From Candidatus Odinarchaeia archaeon (lineage in GTDB: Archaea > Asgardarchaeota > Odinarchaeia > Odinarchaeales > Odinarchaeaceae): a stretch of 32,000 nt of DNA. The stretch's first letter is position 1. Each line of letters starts with the position of its first letter. A model generated the notes under the pieces. That model saw only the letters and a program-made list of their open reading frames with translations, did no database searches and was not told the origin of the DNA. A program made the position numbers and the translations under genes. Shown here in pieces: positions 25,489-32,000 of the stretch. The DNA is taken from positions 1-32,000 of the forward strand of contig JAHQXC010000002.1 of the NCBI GenBank assembly GCA_029856525.1, given 5' to 3'.

Positions 25489-26760
25489 TTGGAGAAAACC
25501 TCGAATATAAGCGGATTTTATAAATTGAATATCGCTCAGAGAAGGCGTGTGGTTAAAGAATTTGCAGGTTTAACCGATGAAGATTTAGAGCTTCTTGGAG
25601 ATATCAACGATCCGTTAACTAGTATAGCTGATAAAATGATTGAAAACGTTATAGGAACCACTAGGATTCCTTTAGGGATAGCGGTTAACTTTCTTATAAA
25701 CGGGAAAGATTATCTTATTCCCATGGCTATAGAGGAGCCTTCAGTGGTTGCGGCGGCTTCTAACGCGGCTAAAATCGCTAGAATAAGAGGCGGATTCACA
25801 GCCACCAGCACCGATCCTATCATGATAGGTCAAATCCAGGTACTCGACGTTAAAGATCCTCATGCTAAAAAATTTGAAATTTTAAAACATAAAACAGAGC
25901 TTCTCCAAATAGCTAATGAACAGGACCCTGTTCTAAACAGATTCGGTGGAGGCGCTAAAGACATAGTTGTGAGAGTGATTGAATCTATAAGAGGACCTAT
26001 GCTTATCATACACCTACTTGTAGATACAAGGGATGCTATGGGAGCGAATGCAGTTAATACTATGTGTGAAGCGCTCACTGATAAAGTAGCTCAGATAACA
26101 GGGGGGAGAGTTGGTCTACGGATTATTTCAAATCTTGCAGTTTACCGGTTGTGCAGAGCTAAAGCGATATTCGATAAAGAAGCTTTAGGCGGAGAAGATG
26201 TGGTTGATAAAATATTAGACGCATATGCTTTCGCTGAAGCTGATATATTCAGATGCGCTACGCATAATAAAGGTATTATGAACGGGATAACAGCGTTAAT
26301 GTTGGCGACTTGTAATGATACTAGGGCTGTAGAGGCGGGGGCGCATGCTTACGCTGCTTTAAACGGCGGGTATAAACCTCTAACACGATGGGAGAAAGAT
26401 AGCGAAGGGAATTTGGTAGGTTCAATAGAGTTACCTATGGCTGTAGGTCTGGTGGGAGGCGCGACTAAAGTTCATCCGATAGCGCAGCTAGCTATAAAAA
26501 TTTTAAATGTAAAAACAGCTAACGAGTTAGGGGAGGTTGCAGCTTCACTGGGTTTAGCTCAAAACTTCGCGGCGATTAGAGCTTTAGCCACCGAGGGTAT
26601 TCAGAAAGGACATATGCGGTTACATGCCCGGAATATAGCGATCACAGCCGGGGCTAGCGAGGATATCGTGGATAAAGTGGTTGAGGAGCTTGTTAAAATC
26701 GGTAAGATTAGAGTGGATATAGCTGAGAAGATTATTAAAGAGTTGCAACAATCTAAATAG
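25489..26760 (+). CDS. mvaA: Hydroxymethylglutaryl-CoA reductase, class II ('degradative' type)
   Basis: ISGFYKL, ENVIG, PMAIEEPSVVAAAS, DAMGAN, THNKGIMNG, DTRAVEAG and GIQKGHMRLH. Likely start is TTG 25489 (SD GGTGA 5 nt upstream). Confidence 0.93.
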   Translation: MEKTSNISGFYKLNIAQRRRVVKEFAGLTDEDLELLGDINDPLTSIADKMIENVIGTTRIPLGIAVNFLINGKDYLIPMAIEEPSVVAAASNAAKIARIRGGFTATSTDPIMIGQIQVLDVKDPHAKKFEILKHKTELLQIANEQDPVLNRFGGGAKDIVVRVIESIRGPMLIIHLLVDTRDAMGANAVNTMCEALTDKVAQITGGRVGLRIISNLAVYRLCRAKAIFDKEALGGEDVVDKILDAYAFAEADIFRCATHNKGIMNGITALMLATCNDTRAVEAGAHAYAALNGGYKPLTRWEKDSEGNLVGSIELPMAVGLVGGATKVHPIAQLAIKILNVKTANELGEVAASLGLAQNFAAIRALATEGIQKGHMRLHARNIAITAGASEDIVDKVVEELVKIGKIRVDIAEKIIKELQQSK

Positions 26761-27814
26761 AGTCTAAGAGTTCACGCCAAGATACATGATCGTAAACCAT
26801 TTTCTTTGTTAAATTTATCCTAGAAGTGTCTGATGGTTTAATCTTACCCGTAAGGCCCTCGAGAATTTTAACAGTGGAATATGTGTCGTGAGGAACCATT
26901 ATCACAGTAATGTTTTTTTCACTAGCTTTAACTAACACTTGCTCTGAAGGCCTCAAGTTCCCGGTTAACACTATAACAGAGGCGTTAGTCTCCACAGCTG
27001 CGGATATTATATCAGCTCTATCCCCGCCTGTTATAATCGCATTATTCCCGCTTCTTCTAAAATATCTTAGAGACGACTCTGTTTGCATGGCGCCTATGAA
27101 AATGTTTTCGATAACGCGATTGATATCGCCTTTAACAAGCACTTCTCCTTCCAACAGCTCTAAGAGTTCTCGAACTGTAGGTGAGGAAATCTCATAGCTT
27201 CTAGGTATTACCCCCCAGACTTTAACACCATGCCTGTTAAGTAGCTCGGTGTACTCGCCTTCAGCTTTCTCCATCATATATGGTGGGATCTGATTTAAAA
27301 CAGCGCCTACTAGTTGAACGCCACGCATATCTAGAATACTTTTATAGAACAGTATCTTCTCAATAGAGCTGTCGCTTACACCCCCTGAGATAGCTAGAAC
27401 CTTTGAGTTTAAAAGTTCAGCTATATCTATATTATTTAAATTAAATGCCGTCATGGTTTCAGGTGAAACACCGCCTTCAACTATTATTATATCAGAGTTC
27501 TCCGATAGTTTACCGTATTGTTTCAAGATCATACTCCTTAAATCTGCAACATCTCGTTTAGCGTAAACACTTAAATAGTTAGGTTCAATTAAAATAGGTG
27601 TTAACTCATCTAGGGTAAAAGGAAGTTTTAAAGTCTCTTTCATTAAGAGAACATCAGGATCTACAGCTCCTTCTGTAACAGATGTTTGAGGTCGACCGAC
27701 AGGACGGAAATAGCTTACTTTAAAACCGTTCTCCACTAAGACCTGGGATAAACCTAGTATGAAAGCTGTTTTACCTGAAAACCCTTCCCATGAAACTACA
27801 AATAAGGATTTCAT
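26753..27814 (-). CDS. Phosphotransacetylase-family N-terminal-like protein (AAA_26/BioD-like + DRTGG domain), no catalytic PTA_PTB domain
   Basis: GFSGKT, SYFRPVG, IIIVEG, GAVLNQ, IFIGAM, AIITGGDR (DRTGG) and VIVLTG. Start ATG 27814 (SD AGGTGA). Confidence 0.82.
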   Translation of the reverse strand: MKSLFVVSWEGFSGKTAFILGLSQVLVENGFKVSYFRPVGRPQTSVTEGAVDPDVLLMKETLKLPFTLDELTPILIEPNYLSVYAKRDVADLRSMILKQYGKLSENSDIIIVEGGVSPETMTAFNLNNIDIAELLNSKVLAISGGVSDSSIEKILFYKSILDMRGVQLVGAVLNQIPPYMMEKAEGEYTELLNRHGVKVWGVIPRSYEISSPTVRELLELLEGEVLVKGDINRVIENIFIGAMQTESSLRYFRRSGNNAIITGGDRADIISAAVETNASVIVLTGNLRPSEQVLVKASEKNITVIMVPHDTYSTVKILEGLTGKIKPSDTSRINLTKKMVYDHVSWRELLDSI

Positions 27815-27834
27815 ACTATCACCTATAATTTTTT

Positions 27835-29949
27835 TCAAATATATAAAGACATTTTAACATCTACAGCGATACAGCCCTCACCTTTATTATAAACGAATAA
27901 AGGATTAACATCCAACTCTGATATAACTGGAAACTCTTCTACTAATTGTGAGACGGCTAGAATAGTTTTAATAACCGCATCTATATCAGCAGGCTGCTCT
28001 CCTCTAACACCTTTAAGTAGATTATACACTTTAGTCTCTTTTATCATTTCTTCAGCGTCGTTAAAAGTAACTGGAACTATTCTAAAAGCAACATCTCTTA
28101 GAAAGTTAACATATACTCCTCCAAGCCCGAACATTAGTAGATGACCGAATTGAAGATCCTTATTAACCCCGATTATAACCTCTTTACCTTTCTCAACATA
28201 CTCGTATACTTCAACCCCGTATATTCTAGCATTAGGGAAAAGCTTATGCGCGTTAGCGACCATGCCTATGAAGATTTTTCTCACGTCTTCTTCATTCTTC
28301 ACGTTTAAAGCAACACCGCCTACATCAGATTTGTGAATTATATCAGGGGAGGCTATTTTCAAAGTAACAGGGTAACCGATCTCGGCAGCAGCCTCACAGG
28401 CTTCTTCACTATTGGAAGCTAGATGAACTTTAGGAGTTTTAACATTGTAAAAACTTAATATTTCGCAGGCTTCACTGGATAGCAGTGTTCTTCGATTTTC
28501 ACTTAAAACTCTCTTAATTATTTCACGAATAGGTTCCTTATCCACTGGAATCTTAAATTTTCTATGAGACATCTTCTTTTCACGAATAAGCTTATATCTT
28601 GTTAAAGCCGCTATGCTTTCAACCGCGTCCTCTGGGAAACTGAAGACAGGTATATTATTCTCGGATAAAATTCGTTTAGCTTCAGCTACCTGCTCACCGC
28701 CTATTAGGGAAAAAGCAACTGGTTTATCTATCATACTGGTAAGCTTAACTAATTCTAAAACTGTTTCAGTTGGTTTAGTTGTAGCCTGAGGTGTTAAAAT
28801 AATAATTAGAGAGCTGACGTTATCGTCATCTTTAAGCGTCTCTAAAGCCTTATAATATCTTTCAGGCTGAGCGTCGCCTAGGATGTCTACGGGATTATAA
28901 ATAGACGCGTTTGGTGGCAGCCGTTCTCTGAGATTATTCAAGGTCTCATTTTTAAGCTGAGCTAGTTTTAAACCGTGTTTTTCACACGCATCCGTCGCTA
29001 TAATTCCAGGGCCGCCTGCGTTGGTTAAAATACAAATAGAGTTATCTTTCGGAAGCGGTTGAGTTGAGAATACTTTCGCATAGTTGAATAAATCGGATAT
29101 AGTTTCAACCTGTAAGGCTCCGAATTGTTTAAACACAGTTTCATAAGCTATCCTGCTTCCTGCAAGAGACCCTGTATGAGAGGCAGCTGCCCTCTGCCCT
29201 GCCGTTGATGAACCTGACTTTAAAACTAGCACAGGTTTTATTTTAACAGTTTTTTTAAGAGATTTAATGAATTTACCACCGTCTTTAACATCTTCAATAT
29301 ATAATAATATAACCTTCGTGTTATTATCAGCGGCTAAGGCGTTGATGAAATCTGATTCATCTAAGTCTGCTTTATTACCTAAACTTATCACTTTACTAAA
29401 GCCTATTCTATTCTTAAAAGACCAGTCTAGTATCGCTGTTCCCAGAGCTCCGGATTGAGAGATGAACGCTATATTCCCTTTCAGAGGCATCTGAGCTGCG
29501 AATGAAGCGTTTAAAGGTGTGAAAGTGTCTATAACTCCAAGGCAGTTAGGTCCAAGTAAGTTCATCTTATATTTTTTACATATATCTTTAAGCGCTCTCT
29601 CTCTTTCAGCGCCCTCTTTTCCAGTCTCCTTAAACCCAGCGGATATCACTACGAGATTTTTAACCTTACTAGCACCACATTCTTCAGCTACTTTAACAAC
29701 GCTCTCAGCCGGTATCACTATTACAGCTAAGTCTATTTCATCGTTTATCTCACTTATATTAGAATACACTTTTAAGCCGAGAATCTCTTGATAATTAGGG
29801 TTCACAGGGTAAACTCTCCCCATGTAACCGTATTTTATTACATTCTCTAAAATATTATAGCCTAGTTTACCTGGCTTAGAAGAAGCCCCTATTATAGAAA
29901 CAGATTTAGGGTTAAATAACGTTGACAGGAGAATGTCAGGTTTATGCAT
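27835..29949 (-). CDS. Acetate--CoA ligase (ADP-forming) family, fused alpha-beta subunits
   Basis: IIGASSKPGK, GPNCLG, SQSG, SLGNK, AASHTGS (phospho-His), TNAGGPG, NPVD, LKIASPDIIHKSDVGGV and ELDVNP. No GNAT domain. Confidence 0.93.
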   Translation of the reverse strand: MHKPDILLSTLFNPKSVSIIGASSKPGKLGYNILENVIKYGYMGRVYPVNPNYQEILGLKVYSNISEINDEIDLAVIVIPAESVVKVAEECGASKVKNLVVISAGFKETGKEGAERERALKDICKKYKMNLLGPNCLGVIDTFTPLNASFAAQMPLKGNIAFISQSGALGTAILDWSFKNRIGFSKVISLGNKADLDESDFINALAADNNTKVILLYIEDVKDGGKFIKSLKKTVKIKPVLVLKSGSSTAGQRAAASHTGSLAGSRIAYETVFKQFGALQVETISDLFNYAKVFSTQPLPKDNSICILTNAGGPGIIATDACEKHGLKLAQLKNETLNNLRERLPPNASIYNPVDILGDAQPERYYKALETLKDDDNVSSLIIILTPQATTKPTETVLELVKLTSMIDKPVAFSLIGGEQVAEAKRILSENNIPVFSFPEDAVESIAALTRYKLIREKKMSHRKFKIPVDKEPIREIIKRVLSENRRTLLSSEACEILSFYNVKTPKVHLASNSEEACEAAAEIGYPVTLKIASPDIIHKSDVGGVALNVKNEEDVRKIFIGMVANAHKLFPNARIYGVEVYEYVEKGKEVIIGVNKDLQFGHLLMFGLGGVYVNFLRDVAFRIVPVTFNDAEEMIKETKVYNLLKGVRGEQPADIDAVIKTILAVSQLVEEFPVISELDVNPLFVYNKGEGCIAVDVKMSLYI

Positions 29950-30111
29950 ATCAACTCATCATTATTATATTAAAGTTTCATATATCTATTAGACCTTTAT
30001 TGTTTTAGTGAACTGCCTGGAGGGCATGCTCAGCATCTATAATCAACTAAATTAGAATGCTATATATTAGCTTTATTCACTTACTCTATTCTAAAAATAG
30101 TGGACACCGGT

Positions 30112-30504
30112 TTAAAGTGTTAGAATAATAACACCGACGATTATTATCAGGATTCCTAGAATCTCCCGCCAACTTAACTTCTCTTTGAGAAATCGGTTAC
30201 AGTAAAAAGCTGTGAAAATATATGTAGTTGATAAGACTGGGACGATTACACTAACCTGGTAACGGGAGAGAGCCATTAAGAATATCAGCCAGGCTGAAAG
30301 TTGAAGAATTATAGCCAAAGCCATATCCTTGTTAAGCAGTTTTTTAACATTTCCTTTAAAATCTTTTTTAAACTCTTGAACTTTTATTTCTCCAACAGGC
30401 ATCGTCGCCTTCTTAAAAAGAAGTGTAGCTACACCGAATATGGCTGATGCGAGTGTAGCTAATAATATGCTAACAAGGAGGTTTTCTAAAGGTATTTGAA
30501 ACAT
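30112..30504 (-). CDS. Half-size EamA/DMT family transporter subunit
   Basis: Four TM. ALSRYQVSVIVPV...FLKEKLSWREILGILIIIVGVIIL is the EamA C-terminal pattern. The ATG overlaps the upstream gene's stop (TAATG). Confidence 0.78.
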   Translation of the reverse strand: MFQIPLENLLVSILLATLASAIFGVATLLFKKATMPVGEIKVQEFKKDFKGNVKKLLNKDMALAIILQLSAWLIFLMALSRYQVSVIVPVLSTTYIFTAFYCNRFLKEKLSWREILGILIIIVGVIILTL

Positions 30505-30932
30505 TAGGAGTGTTCACCTCTCACCTCATTATTAAGCTGTTTATTATTCGAGAAATGGCTTAACAAGTAGATTCCTAATATAATGATAAATATTCCTATA
30601 GTTTTAGGAACCGTTACGCTTTCACCTAGCAAAATATTTGAGAGAACAACTATCGTGATATAAGAGGCCCCGCCTGAGAGAGGATTAATTATTGAAGCTT
30701 TACCTTTAGATAAAGCTATAACATATACTATGCTCCCTACGAAGGCTAAACTCATTCCAAGTAGAAAATGCCAGTTTAGAAGTAATGAAAACCATCCTAT
30801 AATATCATAGAATAAAAAATTATTAAGGCCGGCCGCCTCCATGCTAATTTTTATAAGCGGATCTCCGAACCCGATTAAACCTCCAGCTAAGGCGGCTACA
30901 GCCTCGTTTTTAACCGTGTTAATCAGCCTCAA
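30504..30932 (-). CDS. Half-size EamA/DMT family transporter subunit (start TTG 30932 or ACG 30917)
   Basis: Four to five TM. ALSKGKASIINPL...LLGESVTVPKTIGIFIIILGIYLL. Confidence 0.78.
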   Translation of the reverse strand: MRLINTVKNEAVAALAGGLIGFGDPLIKISMEAAGLNNFLFYDIIGWFSLLLNWHFLLGMSLAFVGSIVYVIALSKGKASIINPLSGGASYITIVVLSNILLGESVTVPKTIGIFIIILGIYLLSHFSNNKQLNNEVRGEHS

Positions 30933-30939
30933 AAAAGAA

Positions 30940-32000
30940 TCAAGTTTTATAAATGAATCTCTCCCATGATTTCACTGTAGGAAGTTCTTCTGGCATGCCT
31001 TTCCTCTTTCGAATTTCGAGGATCTTAGGTACTTGAAGATTTTCAGGTAAAGGCTGGAATCCGATGAACTCGTATCCGAAGAATGCTTTACCGGATGTTG
31101 CGCTTCTAAACTCATCCGCTATTCCAAGAGTTTCAGCTGTGGGGATTGATGCTGTTATAACAGCTGTATCCTCCTCCGCCTCCATGCTGGTGATTTGACC
31201 TCTATGTTTATTAACCACTTTAATGATTTCGCCCTCAGTTCCTAAAGGCGTCTTAATATTAACTTTAAGAACAGGCTCGTAAAGTTTAGGTTCACCGGTG
31301 AGAAAACTGATATTAAGGGCGGATGAAACCATTCCCGCTATCTCATGATAACCTGTGTGAGCTGGATCAACGTGAACAGTCGCATCGGTCATAACAACTT
31401 TAAGATTCATAACAGGCTCTTTAGCGAGGGTTCCACCGTTTATAAAATCTCTGAAAACGGATATAATATAGGATTTTATTCTCTCCAGTCTCTGCACACC
31501 ACTAGTATTATCTATGAAGACGCTTGTCCCGTAAATATCCCATATCTTTCTCACTAGTTTAGCATCCCAGTTAGCTTTCATTCTAAGAATATCCCCTCTC
31601 ACCTTAGCATCCTGTTCTATTGTAACCTCACCCTTCTTTATAAGCTCAACTGTAGTCTCGTCTAAAGGTTCGATGTAAAGTTTTATACGGTTATGTCCGT
31701 TCGGAGACTTTGTATGAATTTCAATCCCCTGCTTTGTAGCCTTCTCCCTGTATACTATGACAGGCGGGCTTACGTTTATCGGAACTTGATCGTTTATTCG
31801 CTTGGTTAAAATTTCAATTTGAAGAGGGTCGATGCCACTGAGAATATATTCACCACTCTCCTGGTTGAATTTAAACTCGGCGGTTGGATCAGCCATAATC
31901 CATTTAGATACAACTTCACCTAGCCTAGCTAAATCCTGGGGGTCAACAGGTTTTATACTCTTACTTACCACAGGTTCAGCTACATAAGTGATTTCTTCGA
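30940..32000 (-). CDS. Elongation factor EF-2 family protein, domains III-V (5' part outside window); divergent aEF-2p-like paralog
   Basis: The frame is open to the right edge (..EEITYVAEPVVSKSIKP). It contains EF-2 motifs ADPT, SPPVIVYRE, KSPNGHNRI, GTLAKEP, LYEP and FRSATSG. The conserved GMGELHLE reads GIDPLQIE, and the diphthamide loop HRGPAQ reads HTGYHE. Confidence 0.85.
   Translation of the reverse strand, partial: EEITYVAEPVVSKSIKPVDPQDLARLGEVVSKWIMADPTAEFKFNQESGEYILSGIDPLQIEILTKRINDQVPINVSPPVIVYREKATKQGIEIHTKSPNGHNRIKLYIEPLDETTVELIKKGEVTIEQDAKVRGDILRMKANWDAKLVRKIWDIYGTSVFIDNTSGVQRLERIKSYIISVFRDFINGGTLAKEPVMNLKVVMTDATVHVDPAHTGYHEIAGMVSSALNISFLTGEPKLYEPVLKVNIKTPLGTEGEIIKVVNKHRGQITSMEAEEDTAVITASIPTAETLGIADEFRSATSGKAFFGYEFIGFQPLPENLQVPKILEIRKRKGMPEELPTVKSWERFIYKT

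Noticed and set aside
259-31557. Short ORFs in the track that overlap longer genes (e.g. 259-504, 711-917, 1365-1826, 9684-10121, 13308-13706, 19805-20194, 23818-24147, 26910-27197, 31345-31557)
   Set aside because: They are antisense or alternative-frame shadows of well-supported genes, with no motifs or SD sites.
1-32000. CRISPR array, rRNA, tRNA, integrase or intact transposase
   Set aside because: No regularly spaced repeats, RNA gene signatures or recombinase motifs were seen by eye. A short or intron-containing tRNA could have been missed without tRNAscan-SE.

Overview
A gene-dense, AT-rich archaeal window with about 30 CDS. I found no rRNA, tRNA or CRISPR array. GGTG(A)-type Shine-Dalgarno (SD) sites, a divergent EF-2 paralog and a small longin-like protein point to an Asgard archaeon, possibly Odinarchaeia; this is an inference, not a database result. 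From left to right it holds: a partial unknown ORF; a divergent pelG/pelF pair (Pel exopolysaccharide machinery); a Gly-rich membrane protein preceded by an orphan IS200/IS605-like hairpin plus a predicted pseudoknotted RNA; a leuA-family gene with a frame break near its 5' end; a DUF123/GIY-YIG-like protein; a PAC2 / SCP2-like / longin-like run; a HAD hydrolase; feoB and a wHTH-FeoA fusion opposite a DtxR regulator with tandem operators; larB and larC; an MBL-fold protein; a 2-TM unknown; an aminotransferase; a luxE-luxC-SDR operon with no luciferase in the window, next to a membrane alpha/beta hydrolase; an acetate transporter, class II HMG-CoA reductase, a Pta-like DRTGG protein and ADP-forming acetate-CoA ligase; two half-size EamA/DMT genes; and the 3' part of an aEF-2p-like gene. 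The best leads are the archaeal Pel system, the luciferase-less LuxCE fatty-acyl reductase operon, three genes where ACG sits at the SD-defined start position, and the orphan structured RNA.
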